Below, piece by piece: positions 47,701 to 60,631 of a DNA stretch of 64,000 nucleotides. The stretch lies in contig JBNRSN020000004.1 in assembly GCA_051313645.2 (NCBI GenBank), forward strand, positions 254,882,001-254,946,000, in the 5' to 3' direction. Below the pieces are notes generated by a model, which worked only from the letters and a program-made list of their open reading frames with translations, was not told the origin of the DNA and searched no databases. Within the stretch, counting starts at the first letter, position 1. Every line of letters starts with the position of its first letter. The DNA comes from Centroscyllium fabricii (Eukaryota). The translations under genes were made by a program, and so were the position numbers.

Positions 47701-49248
47701 CGTGACTCGCATGCTACATTTCGTGCGATCACGGAATCTCCCATTTTCTACTAGAGATATAAGAAAATGTGCTCCGAATGCCGAACTTGTGCAGAATTGA
47801 AACCTCAGTTCTTCCACCCCCAGATGGTGCGCACATACACGCAACCCAACCAATGCAACGACTTAGCGTCGACTTCAAGGGCCCATTGCCCTCTTCAACA
47901 CAGAACACATATTTGCTCACAATGATCGATGAATATTCACGATTTCCGTTTGCCTTCTCCTGCTCCAATATGCTGGCATCCACTGTAATCAACTGCCTTG
48001 AGCAAGTATTTTCTCTTTGTGGCATTGCAGCCTACATTCACTCGGATCGGGGTCCATCTTTTATGTCAAGCGAACTGAAGGACTACCTCTCAGAACGGGG
48101 AAATGCGACAAGCAAAACGATGCCATACCATCCCATCGGGAATGGACAGGTAGAGAGATATAACTGAATCATCTGGAATTCCGAGCCTACCCATCCAGCA
48201 ATGGGAAGCAGTGCTTCCGGATGCATTACACTCTATACGGTCCCTTGTGTCTACAGCCACAAATACTACACCTCATGAACGGTTCTTTGGATTCCAGCAT
48301 CGCTCATCTTATGGGGCATCTATTCCATCATGGCTAACTACTCAGGGACCCATACTGCTCCGAAGATACGTTCGGACATCTAAAAATGACCCTCTCGTAG
48401 ATGAGGTCAAACTAACTGATGCCAACCCTACCTATGCCTACATATGATATCCCAACGGTTGAGAGTCTACCGTATCATTGCGGGACCTGGCACCCTGCCC
48501 ACCAGGACCTAGAGGGACACCAAGGGATAATATCCTACCAGGGGCCTCCAGGGACCCACTGGGTACCACTCTCCAGGACCCGGATCTGACCCCAACTAGC
48601 TTTGCGCCGGTCAAATCCCACACTCAAAGTTACGACCCGCCAAGTACCTCTTTCGAGGACACTGATCAGACACCAACCAACTCTGAGCCCGTGGGGGCTC
48701 ATACACGGAGTCATGATCCTCCCAGTGCCTCACGCCAAAGTGCCAATTGGCCGCAGACCAGCTCTGTGCCTTCCCTTGACCAGGGACAAACCAGCTCTGC
48801 ACCTATTGGAGCTTGTAAGCGGAGCCATGATCTCCCCGACCCTTCACAGGGTAATCCAGGCCATGTGGGTTCTGACCCGTGGCCAACAGCAGGTAAACGG
48901 TCCAGAGACCCAAACATTGTCCATAGGGACGGACCATCAACCCAGCAATGAGAACTCAAATGGGTGCGTCTCCTCCTTGTTCGGCTACTCCGGAATAAAA
49001 AGAAGCTTCCCGCCTTTTAATTTTGCAGGAGGGAAGAATGTGGTAACATTGAACAGACTTCCGGGGGAAGGCTATGGGGTGAACTCTGTACATGTCACTT
49101 CCTGGTTTCTGTTAGTATAAATACTGGAACTACTCAGTATGGGGTGAACGCTTCACCTGGAAGCATGGTAAAACCCGTCTTTATACATAGTGATAATGTA
49201 GTGGATTTGCTTTAAGTTATTGATGTATCAGACTCCATTATTACATCA
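44765..49248 (+). mobile_element. Decayed Ty3/Gypsy element, same lineage as 28618-33548
   Basis: 210-bp LTRs 44765-44974 and 49039-49248; 5-bp TSD gggag; polypurine tract gcaggagggaagaa; no TGG PBS. Confidence 0.95.
45058..48950 (+). pseudogene. Disrupted gag-pol
   Basis: Gag ARHLL..QQRPGQS, IRDAFICG, CFFCG, CSHCSKKGHFAKVC; LIDSG; YDLKSAYHQ, FPYLNN; ECDAS, VEKE; VDFKGP, HSDRG, GQVERYN; several stops and frameshifts. Confidence 0.9.
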
Positions 49249-49727
49249 GGGAGACTGGCGGCTTTCAAGACAGAATGTCAGAAGGTAGTGGCAGGAGATA
49301 TAGCAAGTTGTCTGTGCCATCAGTGTTGCCTCCAGGACCTGGATCCAGTGCCACAAGAAGTTTAATGACTTCACATGGGTGGTCAAGGTGAGTGAATGCA
49401 TCTTCAAATGCCATATCCCACCAATTGCATCATTAGCCCCACACACTGCTCAATACACCACACCCCATCACTCACCGACCAACAATCTCTAGCAATCACC
49501 ACTCATACCTCACAATCTTTTTTTCACCTCCCCCTCACTTACTTACAACTGCTGCAAGTCTCACACCCACATCTCACACCTTGAACACAATGTCAGTTAT
49601 TCAACCATGACAGGCACATTACCCAAACACATTGCACCACACTCCCTGACACACTTCCCCTTCTCTTGCAGGACTAGGTGGCTCAAAACTGGCATGAGCA
49701 GCAGCAAATGCGGGGTCTGGTGGCTAT

Positions 49728-50631
49728 GGGGGGGATTTTCAGAGGGCCGTGAGTGCGGGTTTCTGGCGGGGCGGGGACTAAAATTGCAATTCCGGTGGGC
49801 GGGAAGGCACCCCGCCGGATCCCCGCCCATTTGGGATTTTTGTCGGGCGGGTTTTGCTGCCCCTCATGATTCCCGCCCGCCGGCGGGGCTGCTTAGTGAG
49901 CTCATTGAGGGCCCTTAAGTGGCTGGATAATCCTATTTTAAGGGCCCTCAGCTATTTTAGCCCTCTTCACACCCAAAACCCGCCTGGTGGTGGGAAACCC
50001 GCCGTAGAAAAGGTGGTGGGAACCCAGGCGGCTGGGTGTCTACCACCTTCAAGGCATGGGCACAGCACCCACAAAGTAGCTTCCTAGCCTCCACCATGCT
50101 AGAGGTGTAGCTGCCACCCAAGGGTGAGAAACTTCAGAGCCCCAAAACACTGAAATCATTCATCTTCTAATCGTTCATATTCAACAGAGATCGGGCTGCT
50201 GCGCTGTGTCTGTGAGCCCATCTGTCAATCACCCAGGGGATCAGTTTCTGTTTCCATTCCATTGAAACCACAAACAAACAGTGACTCACTTCAACTGTTT
50301 GTTTCGTGGTTTCAAGTGTTCCTTTCATAGTCTGACTCACAGAGACTATGTAAACATAGAAACAAAGGCAACACTGCAGATCTGTCAATCAGGCTTAGTG
50401 AGTTCTTACTACTCAGCCTGTCAATCAACAGCCCGCCCAACTCAAACTGTGCATGTAAAGGGCTATGTTCCCACCCATTAGTGTGTATTGGAAGCCCGAC
50501 AGACCAGCAGGGATTTAATTGGCCACTTGAGCCAAAATCGTTCGGGCCTCCCAGGTCCTTGGGCGGGCGGGACAGAAAGCTAACCCGCCCAAAACCCGAC
50601 AGCTTCCCACAGCTTTTTAAAAATTCCCCCC
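49728..50631. mobile_element. Harbinger-type MITE
   Basis: TIRs ggggggatttt / aaaattcccccc; 3-bp TSD tat. Confidence 0.8.
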
Positions 50632-51105
50632 TATGTTACTGGATTAGTAATCCAGAGGCCTGGACTAATAATCCAGAGATGTGAGTTCACAATCCCACCT
50701 GGCAGCTGGGAATTTAAATTCAGTTAATTAAATAAATCTGGAATTAAAAAGCTAGAATCAGCACTGGTGGCCATGAAACAACCAGATTGTTGTAAAATCC
50801 CATCGGGTTTACCCATGTCCTTTAGGGAAGGAAATCTGCCGTCCTTACCCGGTCTGGCCTATATTTGACCCCAGACCCACAGCAATCTGGTTGACTTTTA
50901 ACTGACCTCTGAAATGGCCAAGCAAGTCATTCAGTTGTACCAAACCACTATGACAAAATCAGCACTGTGGGAGTACCTTCACCGCAATCTGCAGCGGTTC
51001 AAGAAGGTGGCTCACCACCAGCTTTTCAAGGGCAATTAGGGATGGGCAATAAATGTCGGCCTTGCCAGCGATGCCCAGAACCCATGAACTAATAAATTTA
51101 AAAAA
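50632..51105 (+). mobile_element. Deu-domain SINE (SacSINE1-like); head interrupted by the MITE
   Basis: Deu-like core tgtcctttagggaaggaaatctgccgtccttacccggtctggcct; tail gcagcggttcaagaaggtggctcaccacca...gggcaattagggatgggcaataaatg. Confidence 0.8.
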
Positions 51106-51911
51106 GAACAGGCGGGGGTGAAGAACATCTGCATAACCTTATTGCGTTGGAGGAGACTGTACTGGAAATAATTGGAGGATCCGTCACTGAGGCCATGGCG
51201 AGCGACGAGTTTGAAAGCATTGATGATAAAGGTATGCTCATACATAATTCCTTCTTCTCACATCCCACTTCCCCCTCATTGTATAATCTCTTCTCACTTA
51301 CAAGCTGCTGATGGTGTAAGCATGCACATCTTGCTTCCCCCCAGCACCCGCCCCACCACAACCCAACCCTTGTGCCTTTCTCCTTTCAGATACCAAAGAA
51401 CTGCCAGCAGCCCAGCCAGTCCACAAACAACTGGACGAGGAGAGTGAAAAAGAAGGGGCACCAAAACTCAATCTGACGCATCCAGGCACCAGCTCAGAAA
51501 ATGGCACTGTGCATAATTTAGAGAGTAGCATATAGTCAGGATCTGCATGTGGTGAGTCACCGGGCAAGAGTGGGCTGTAGCCAGGCTGAAAGAAAGGGTA
51601 GCTCAGGTGCCACCTGTTTGCACATGAATTCTAACGTACATGTCTTGGATGAGGACTTCGATGAGGTGGCCGTCAGGGAAAGGGTGATGGGCATGCACAC
51701 AGAAATATTTGGCACAATGGCAGGCCTGCCAGAAAACCTCTTGTCAGTGTGAAGAAACATGGAGGAGTCCAGCTCCAGCATTGTACAGGGCTTTGTGCGG
51801 AGCTCAGAGCCCATGATTTCCAGGAGGGAAGTGATAGGCAACTCCATTAGAGCACTTGTGGGTCCCACCATGATGCTGGGTGTGATGGGTGATGTAGTTT
51901 CAACACAAGCA

Positions 51912-52312
51912 GGGCGGCACGGTGGCATAGTGGTTAGCACTGTTGCCTCACAGCACTGGAGACCCGGGTTCAAATCCAGCCTCGGGTACTATCTGTGTGG
52001 AGTTTGCACATTCTCCCCGTGTCTGCGTGGGTTTCCTCCGGGTGCTCCGGTTTCCTCCCACAGTCCAAAGATGTGCGGGTTAGGTTGGTTGGACATGATA
52101 AATTGACCCTTAGTGTTAGGGGGATTGAATATTTGGGGTTACGGTAATAGGGTGGGATATGTGTTGGTGCAGGCTCGAGGGATATGGCGAGAGGGCAGGG
52201 GCAGGGTACTGGGTTTGGATGATCAGCCATGATCTCATTGAATGGCGGAGCAGGCTCGAAGGGCCGAATGGCCTACTCCTGCTCCTATCTTCTATGTTTC
52301 TATGTTTCTATG
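51912..52312 (+). mobile_element. Full-length HE1/V-SINE (tRNA head, V-domain, CR1 tail)
   Basis: A box tggcatagtgg, B box ggttcaaatcc, V-domain, (tttctatg)n tail sharing its 3' end with the CR1 at 44310-44377. Confidence 0.93.
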
Positions 52313-53973
52313 TTGACCCAACATCTGAGTGCTGCAGTGGAATCTCAGACTGCTCTCATGCAGTCTCAGCTTGCTGCCACGCTTGCTCTCACTGCTGCCA
52401 TCATGGCTGGGTTTACGAGTGTGGAAATGGGCTTGCAGGGTCTCACATGCATTCCAGTAATTTGTGCTCCAGCAGATGGCTAGGAATGCTGAGGCACCAC
52501 CCCACGGGAATGGCAGTGGCTCTGTGGAGCAAGAACCCGCTGTCCTCTCTCAGGATGACAGCATTCATCCTCCCACCACTGCCACTCCACCAGTGCCCTT
52601 GCTGTTGCCTGTCAGCCAGCGAGCCCAGACTGCTGCCGCCCATCCCGAGGTGGTGCAGTGTGATGCCTGGCCTACTAGGCCCCGAGCTGCTCGATGTCAT
52701 TCTGCAAGACCATCTGCAGTCTCCCCCACTGAATGTCCACCCGCCGCACTGCAGCCACTGGGGCAGCTTTCCTCCTCCCTTCCTCCTCTTTCTCCTCCTC
52801 CTCTTGAGGTGGTGGCGGAACCAGTAGTGGCACCTTTCATGATGCCCAAGTTGTGGAGAATCAGCAGACCACCACGAAATGGGACACCCACTCCTGCGTG
52901 TACTGGAGGGCTCCTCCCAAGTGGTCAATGTAGTGTATGTAATAAGGCGGATGACGTATGTCATGGGGTGTATGATGGACAGCCGATGGGCCTATAACAG
53001 AGCGGCACTATTTAGTGCATGGCGTAAGAATACGGTAATACCTCTTTAGGCCACCTCGTATAAATAGCGCTGTACTGCAAATTGTATTCAGTTTCCACCT
53101 GGGCGTTGGCTGTGTAAAGACCTTTCGTTTGTTGATCGATCTGTGTCCGAGTAGTTATTGTGCTAACCACACAACACAACACTGGCGACGAGATAGCGGA
53201 GGAATTCATTAGCTGTAGCATTGCCTTCACTGTTACAGCACGGAAGCAGTTTGAGAAGTAGAAGATTTTCCAGCAGGAAGCCTGGAACATTGGGCATCGA
53301 TGGAGCAGCCCAGCCCTAACCAGTGAATGGACACAGCCATCAGGAAGCTGCAGAGAGTTGCAGGAATGTGACCCTCCAGCCACGGGACCATCAGGAAGCT
53401 GTCGAGAATTGCAATGAGGTGATTCTCCAGCCTCGGTACCGTCGGGAAGCTGTCGAGAGTTGCGGGACTGTGATTCTCCAGCCATGGCACAACAGACCAG
53501 CAAATGTACGGTGAACTCCCAGGGACAGCCGATTAGGGTAGGCCGAAGCCGCGGAGAATTAAGACCGGGTGATTCGGCAAACTCCCGATGGCAAAAAACG
53601 GGGTGCACACTGTAACCGGGTACTGAAGACCGAGTGAAACGGGCACCCCACCACCGAGTAAACCGCGGGATAGCGGGACAGGGGCGGGAAGCCTAGAGAA
53701 CCGCGGGATAGCGGGACAGGAACAGAAGAGAAAGGCGGGAGGCCTAGAGATTACCGCGGAGAAATGGCGGGGAAGAAGGAGAAGGGTGCGAAAGACGCCA
53801 TCTTGGAGCGAAAGGGCGCAAAAGACGCCATTGTGGAGAAAAGGGTGCGAAAGACGTCATTTTTGGTGAAAAGGGCGCGAAGGTGCCATTTTTAACAGAA
53901 CAAGAATAAAACCATTTTTGAACAGAACGAGAATAAAACTTTGCTTGAGAGTTTTGCAGTGTACTCAACCATC

Positions 53974-55179
53974 ATGAACAGGGCACTCGAAGTGTTGAAG
54001 GGACTATTTATTGCTCCATTTGATGCCAGCGACAAGGACTGGGACACTTATATAGAACGTGTGGAGATTTGTTTTCAGATAAATGGGGTGTCGGCAGACC
54101 AAAAAACAGTAACCCTTTTGAATTGTATGGGTCCACAACCCTTCGGACTTTTAAGAGAACTGATTACATCAGAGAAACCAACGGACAAATCATTCAACCA
54201 GATTGTAAAAACACTAAATTACCACTTTAGTTCAGCATTGCCTGTAATCGCTGAAAGATACTGGTTTTATCGACACAACCAGCGAAGGGGGGAGTCGATA
54301 GCAGTGTACTTGGCTGAGCTACGCCGATTAGCGAGGAATTGCCAATTCCGAGACATTTTGACTGATACCCTGAGAGACAAGTTAGTCTGTGGCATGAGTG
54401 ATAAAGCCACCCAGTGACAGTTGTTAACGAAATGACATTTGACCTTGCAGCAAGCGTTTGACATAGCTTCGGCTAGAGAGGCTGCTACACAGCATGAACC
54501 ACACCATGATACATCGGGAGGTGTTCTCCAATCCATCAAGTGCTACTGATGTGGTAGATCAAACCACGATCACACTATCTGTTGGTTCAGAGATAAGACG
54601 TGTCAGCGATGTGGCAAGTTAGGCCATATAGCAAAAGTTTGCAGAATAACCAAGAGTAATAGCGGGGGTAGTCTGCAGTTGAATACAAGGAAGTACCAGG
54701 GACTCACTATAGACTGGGACTCATTCAACAACACAAGTTCCCCAGCAGAAGTCAGTGAAGTAGACAGAACAAACCTGCAAACTCACAAACAAGAAGAGGA
54801 AAGAATTGAAAAGCTAGAAGGGGCTTTGAGTGCATGTTTGGAAAAGGTAGACCGACAGAGGTTGGACATGCAAAGCCTATTTGACGGATTGCGCTCAGAC
54901 GTGCCATTTGTAGAATGGAGGTCGGAGATTTCCACTCGAGAAGTCGACTTTAGAAACCACCCCAAGCCATGGACAGACAAAGCTAAAACTGATGGTGTGG
55001 AGCTCAAACAGCTGCAGGATATGCAAAACCAGTTGGGTAAATTGTACCAGAATCTGCCTTCCGTGGAGAAGTTAACACCGCCAGAGGACTACGAGAGTGC
55101 TCTAGATGTTGTTACGGAGTTCGGGAGAGAGAGACGGAATTCTCGTAAAGGCAAAACTAAACCAGAAGATGTGGGTTGA
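53974..55179 (+). pseudogene. gag with stops, followed by an uncharacterised helical extension
   Basis: WDTYIERV..F..N, ERYWFYRHNQRRGES, LRDKLVCG, CQRCGKLGHIAKVC; then ORF 54679..55179. Confidence 0.8.
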
Positions 55180-55247
55180 ACTGTTGCGAACAATGTCACG
55201 GGTTGCCATTGTAAATTAACAACTGTTTACCTCACTTTAGTATAATA

Positions 55248-55807
55248 CAGGTTGAGCACCGGTAATCCGTTACCTGAAACGCCGGCAACTTCAGTCTTCC
55301 GGAACAAATTGCCCCGACTGCCCTGCGCATGCGCAAAATGGCAGCCACGATTGAGGCTTCGGTGAATGATCTGCACATGCGCCGCTGAATGGCGAGCGCA
55401 TGCGCAGATCATTCAAACGGCTGCCGGATGTTTTGAACGATCTGCGCATGCGCCGCCGGATGGCGAGCGCATGCGAAGATCATTCAAAACGGCTGCTGGA
55501 TGAGCCAGACCTTCCGTGGCGTCAGGGCGCGGCAGCTCGTGCCGCGTTTTGAATGTGCGAGTCCCGAGTGCCCGCCATGGTGAAGCGCGCGGTTCCCCGG
55601 AGCAGCCTGCAGGCTGTCAGCAGGAGGCACAAACCGCAGCTGAGACTCAGCAAGGACGTTTGGCGGCCATTTCCAATGTTGTGCGCATGCGCGTGGCCAT
55701 TTTGAATGGTGGGTGCATGCGCACTGACCGACTACATTCTGCCGGTTTTTTCACTTTCCCAGCATGGGCCTGGTCCCGCCCGTGCCGGATTACCGGTGCT
55801 CAACCTG
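55248..55807. mobile_element. Tc1/mariner (pogo/Tigger-like) MITE
   Basis: Perfect 22-bp TIR caggttgagcaccggtaatccg; TA TSD. Confidence 0.9.
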
Positions 55808-56572
55808 TATTAAGCAGAAGAACAAAAAGAAAATGTTGGTAGAGATAAACCACTTGTTATGTTAATTAGTAGTATCTAGCTTTGTTGTAAGGATGTACAT
55901 GCTCTGTAAGAAAAGGGGCGATGTGTTAACTAAAAGGGGAAGGTGTAGTGTATGTAATAAGGCGGATGATGTATGTGATGGGGCGTATGATGGAAAGCCT
56001 ATTTAGTGCATGGCTTAAGAATACGGTAATACCTCTTTAGGCCACCTCGTATAAATAACGCTGTACTGCAATTGTATTCAGTTTCCACCTGGGCGTTGGC
56101 CGAGTAAAGACCTTTCGTTTGTTGATCACCCTGTGTCCGAGTAGTTATTGTGCTAACCACTCAACACAACAGTCAAGGCAGCGGAACCATTGCTTCAGCA
56201 CCCTGATGGTCTGCTTGATGACGTTCCTTGTGGCAGCATGGCTGCCAAAATATGATTGCTGGCCACAAGTGGTGGGGTTGCAGAGGGGAGTCATAGCCAG
56301 GTGTAGAGCGGATAGCCCTTGTCTCCAAGCAGCCACCCTCGGATTCGACTTGGTAGCTGGAAGATTGCTCTTAAAGCAGACTAGCGCAGGATGAAGGCAT
56401 CATGACCTCTGTCGGGATATCTGGAATTTACCATCACAATGTACTGAGTGTGGGCGCACACCAACTGTACATTTAGAGAGTGGTAGCCTTTGTGTTTGCA
56501 GTATCTTTCCGGATTGTTATGCAGCGCCCGCAAAGCCATGAACATGCAGTCAATGGAGCCCTGTACCAAAGG

Positions 56573-56806
56573 TGTATTGTTTTCTATGTGGGTTCAACGA
56601 CGCCACATTGATGAAGGAGAATGTTTTTAATCTAACGTATGTTCAAGTAACTTACTGATGTACATGAGGCTTACAGGGAAACTCCATCTTGGAGATCAAT
56701 CCTATACTGCAACTCAACTTACTTGCTTCTTGTCACATGCCCTCTGCTGGTAAGGCATAGATAATCAAACAGGCAAATATGATCACTATTTGCTGATATC
56801 ATTACA
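56573..56806. mobile_element. Solo LTR
   Basis: TGTA...TACA termini; 5-bp TSD aaagg; interrupts the transposase frame. Confidence 0.85.
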
Positions 56807-57242
56807 AAAGGGAAGTCCAATATCCTGGCAAAGCCACATGCGTGCTCCTCCTGCTTCTCTCTGTTCAGAGAGAAGACAATGAATTTCCTTCTCCTGGAGT
56901 ACAGAGCCTCTGTGATCTCCCGGATGCAGCAATGGATGGCGAACTGGAAGATGTTAGCTATGTTGCATGCTCTAGACTGGAAGGATCCGCTGGCAAAGCA
57001 ATTCAATGCCACGGTGATCTTGAGGGCCACTGGCAGTGCCATTGTTGCCCTGCTGTGAAGCTACAGGTCTGGTTCCAAGAGTTGGCAGTGTTCTGTGACC
57101 ACCTCCTTGGTGAAGCAGAGCCTCCAAATTCACTGCTCCTGGCTGAGGTGCCGGTAGGAGAAGTGCTGTCAGAAGACCCTAGGTGGATAAAGCCTCCTGC
57201 TGAGAGCCCTCCTGCCCCTCCTCCTCCTCCCTCTGTGAGCAG

Positions 57243-57521
57243 TGTGGTAAACCACTGTATATATATGTTTGTACCTGTATGCATTGTGTGTGTGACCTCC
57301 ATTGTTTGTACATAGTCTTTCATGTATAGCTTGTCCGGGCATGCCCGTGCTGACCCCGCCTGTGGCTCCTCCTCCCTGGACCCAGGTATAAAGGTGACTG
57401 TCTCCCTCCCCCAATCATTCTGGGATCAGTCGACTAGCATGGGCATGCTCATGTCTTAGTGAATAAAAGCCTTTAGTTCTCTCCACAACTTCTCGTCTCT
57501 GAAGTTATTGATAAGGCATCA
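57243..57521 (+). mobile_element. Solo LTR of the YLDN lineage
   Basis: Starts TGTGGTAA like both YLDN elements; TATAAA, AATAAAAGCC, ends aagttattgat...catca; TSD agcag/ggcag. Confidence 0.8.
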
Positions 57522-58336
57522 GGCAGCTTGTCATCTTCTTTGCTGCCTCTGCTCCAACTCCCTGTCATGCTCTAGTGTGAGAGAGACTGCAAGAAGGGCC
57601 CCCATGACTGGGAGCAAGTGGTGTGAGCATCCTGCTACTGAACGCACATTCAGCTGTGTGTGCTTTGGAGAGGGCGTGCAGTCGAGCAGCGACATCCAAA
57701 ATAGCAGGCCGTGCGTTACATGCTGATTGATGTCGCGATCTACCTCATTTGCATTCTCCTGCCGCACGCAGACAGCCACCGCGCTACCAAACTGCCTAAA
57801 ATGGCAGCTGCCGCTGCCTGCGGCAGAAGTGGACGCCATTTTTCTGCAGAAACCAGCCTTAAATACCAGCCTAAAAAGAGGGAGAATTTGAGCCCTCTAT
57901 TTCTACTTGTTCAGACAGCTTTTGCAGAATAATTAATTTGTGGCAAACCTGCTCCCAGTCTCGAGCCTGTGGATATAATTTTCATTCTGAACTTTTAAAA
58001 TAAATACAACTTTAAATTTCTTCTATTACTTGTATTGCCTTCATTTTCAGCCCTCTTTCATTTAATTAATTAATTTGTGGAAACAGCTGTGGTAATTTGT
58101 TCAACTGCCTTACATGGCATGACAAAAGGTCGCAATGCAGCATCTGTTCATCAGGAATTTTGCCAGGAACCAAACTGGTGACTTTGGATCAGCAGGTTTG
58201 AGGCAAACTTTTCTGTCTGTTTCCAGAACTGTATCCGTCTGTGAACTCTCTGAAAGAATGACAATGCCTCTTTAAAACCACCCGAATCCATTGATATTTT
58301 AATTTGTTTAATGCCTTCTACAAGGGAGCACACCAA

Positions 58337-60631
58337 GGGCTAACATTTCGGGGGCTTCAATGCCACCCGTTACTGGCAAAATGTAATGAAAGGATGGTGG
58401 CCACCGTTCTTTTGCCAGCTGGTGGCAGGTCCCGCGGCATCAATCATTTTACGAGGTCCAGCAGCGCTGCCGGTAAGAGCGATGGCCCTGCAAATTTAAA
58501 TTAGGGATAGGTGCCGTCAGTTGACGTGCAATGCCGACTTAACGTCACCTCGGCAAACTTGGACCTTAGTGCTGAGTTCAGCGGTGGGTCCGAAGCTTGC
58601 CATGAAAACCCAGCATCCAGCAGACTGATAGAGGCACTGTCAGCACCTCTTAAAGGGACACACACATCTTTCAGGTAAATTTGCATTTAAACTTTTGGAC
58701 TGGATTATTTTGATTTTATTCAAGTAGTGGTGACAATACATGTTAAAAGTTTTAAAAATGTGCTGGGAATGCTGCTGGAGGCTTGCAAGAACTCAGCTGG
58801 TAGAGGAAAGCCTCTGAGAAGACAGAACATTTTCCGAACTCAGAAGGCCAGGCAACATCTGTGGAGAGAGAAACAGAGTTCACGTCTCAGGTCAAGATGC
58901 TGTCTGATCTGCTGAGTATTTCAAGCACTTTATGCATTTATTTCAGATTTACAATATCCACTCACAGAGGGAAGAGGGAGACGCAGAAGAGGAGGAAGCA
59001 AAAGGAAGGGTGCAACCCAGGCAGTCCCTTTGTGGCCGGGATATCCAGGATGGAATGATCCACCTGTTGTACCAGCGGTCACAAGGCCAATATCACTTTC
59101 AACATTAGTCCCACACCTTACCTTCCCTCTGTTACTGACCATCACAGCGTCCTCTTGGTCACAATGCTGAAATAAAAGCCACCACAAAGCAAACTTTCCA
59201 ATCCAACTTTATACATCTATCCATCCAACATCAATACATCAATTCATCCCCCTTATGTATTCCCTTAGTGATTGTCTTCTGTGTGCCTATGCCTATCCAA
59301 CTGAGGTCATGTGGTGCTATTCCAGTGGCTGTAGCATGGCTGGTGGAAGGCTGCTGACTTTCAATGGGGGACACTGCAGATGGCCTTGCTGGTTGACCTT
59401 GAGGAGCTGGTGGCTGGGAGTGTGNNNNNNNNNNNNNNNNNNNNNNNNNNNNNNNNNNNNNNNNNNNNNNNNNNNNNNNNNNNNNNNNNNNNNNNNNNNN
59501 NNNNNNNNNNNNNNNNNNNNNNNNNNNNNNNNNNNNNNNNNNNNNNNNNNNNNNNNNNNNNNNNNNNNNNNNNNNNNNNNNNNNNNNNNNNNNNCTGGGT
59601 AGGCTGCATTACTTGGGTGTGTGAAATGAGGAAGACACAAGGGTGGAGTTGTAGAGAGGAGAGGGCGGGAAAGCAAGACGTGCCTGCGAGAAGGGGGATA
59701 ATGTATGAGGATACCAGCATTTTGTATATATTCAACCCCGCTGCTGACCAGGGGCTCACCCATGCACCTGCCAAGAATGGCCAGCACCATCTCCTCCAAA
59801 GGGGTGATGCAGCTATGAAGGTAGGTGAGTGATTTGGGGCAGGGGATGTCATGCATTGAGCAGTGTGTGAGGCTATTGGTGCAGTTGGTAGAAGATGGCT
59901 TTTGAAGACACATTCACTCACCTTGACCACTGGTCTGAGGTTATGAAGCTTTTTTGGGCACTGGAGCCAAGTGGTGGGGATGACACTGCTGGCAGTGATG
60001 GCCTCAGTGATGTTCTCCCACATCGTTCTTTCTGGAGGGCCCCCTGGCCCCTGTGGGTAGAGGATCTCTCTTACAGTGTTGACACCCTGCACAAAGCTGG
60101 AGTGCTGTGTGTAAGACCCTGGGTGCCCCTTGCCTGGCTTGTTGAGCCATTTGTGTTAGTGCTGAAACACTTTTCCCATTTTTTGAGGTGCGGGAGATAA
60201 TTCAGCTTTCAGAGCTGAACTCTGCCATTTGGGAATGTTTTTTCAAATGCTAATTTTTTTAGACAGTAGGGCTGTAAGGGCTGAAAACTGCATTTTTTTT
60301 ACTTCATTTTTATTTTGATCAGCTCAGAAGGAATTGCCCTTTTAATGTTTTACCTTTTTAATGTCCCACGGTGCCTAGTGAACTCATTGCCTCGCTTCCA
60401 GATACTGTTGGAAGATTGAACGCCGCTTCTGGACGCCAACCTTGCTGCTTCTGGACGCCAACCTTGCTGCAGATGCCTGCACTAACACCACCAGGCATTA
60501 GTGATAGGCTGAAAATCTTTAGACCCCAGCGCAAATTTTTCTCTCCTACCTGCACAACCATTTTCTGCTGCCATTAACCAGAGGTTGTGGTGACACCAGC
60601 AACTTTCGTGTCGCAGCCCAATTTCTAGGCC
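58337..60631 (-). mobile_element. Internally deleted Harbinger element, inverted paralogue of 24453-27460
   Basis: Myb remnant WENITEAITASSVIPTTWLQCPKKLHNL; degenerate TIRs gggctaacattt / aatttctaggcc; possible TSD caa. Confidence 0.72.
59425..59594. other. Assembly gap (170 N)
   Basis: Run of n. Confidence 1.

Larger units (their letters stand above)
44660..49390 (+). pseudogene. Harbinger Myb/SANT-like DNA-binding protein exon split by a Gypsy insertion
   Basis: MSQHSKERAPRFSGAALLALVQG before 44765; WQEI...V......RTWIQCHKKFND after 49249, followed by donor-like aag|gtgagt. Confidence 0.7.
52929..56171 (+). mobile_element. Non-autonomous gag-only LTR retrotransposon
   Basis: LTRs 52929-53181 and 55944-56171; 5-bp TSD gtcaa; PBS TGGCGACGAG (tRNA-Ser type); polypurine tract aaaaggggaagg; no pol motifs. 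Confidence 0.9.
52760..57610 (-). pseudogene. Harbinger (HARBI1-like) DDE transposase, fragmented by three LTR insertions
   Basis: ALPVALKITVALNCFASGSFQ; VQGSIDC; KGYHSLNVQLVC; RYP..GHDAFILR; LKQWFRCLD continuing as HLGGALQY across the LTR element; acidic tail. Confidence 0.85.
44400..57895. mobile_element. Relic autonomous-type PIF/Harbinger transposon with convergent Myb/SANT and transposase genes and multiple nested insertions
   Basis: Myb remnant on +, transposase on -, right TIR-like end gagaatttgagccc at ~57882-57895; left boundary uncertain. Confidence 0.7.

Noticed and set aside
51912-51985. tRNA gene
   Set aside because: A and B boxes belong to a SINE head that continues into the V-domain and LINE tail
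54679-55179. env gene in the gag-only element
   Set aside because: No signal peptide, transmembrane segment or cysteine pattern
56170-57610. Host HARBI1 gene
   Set aside because: Frameshifted, interrupted by LTRs, paired with a Myb remnant, and similar remnants recur in the window; a transposon relic
59255-60092. ORFs spanning the N run
   Set aside because: Lengths inflated by the assembly gap
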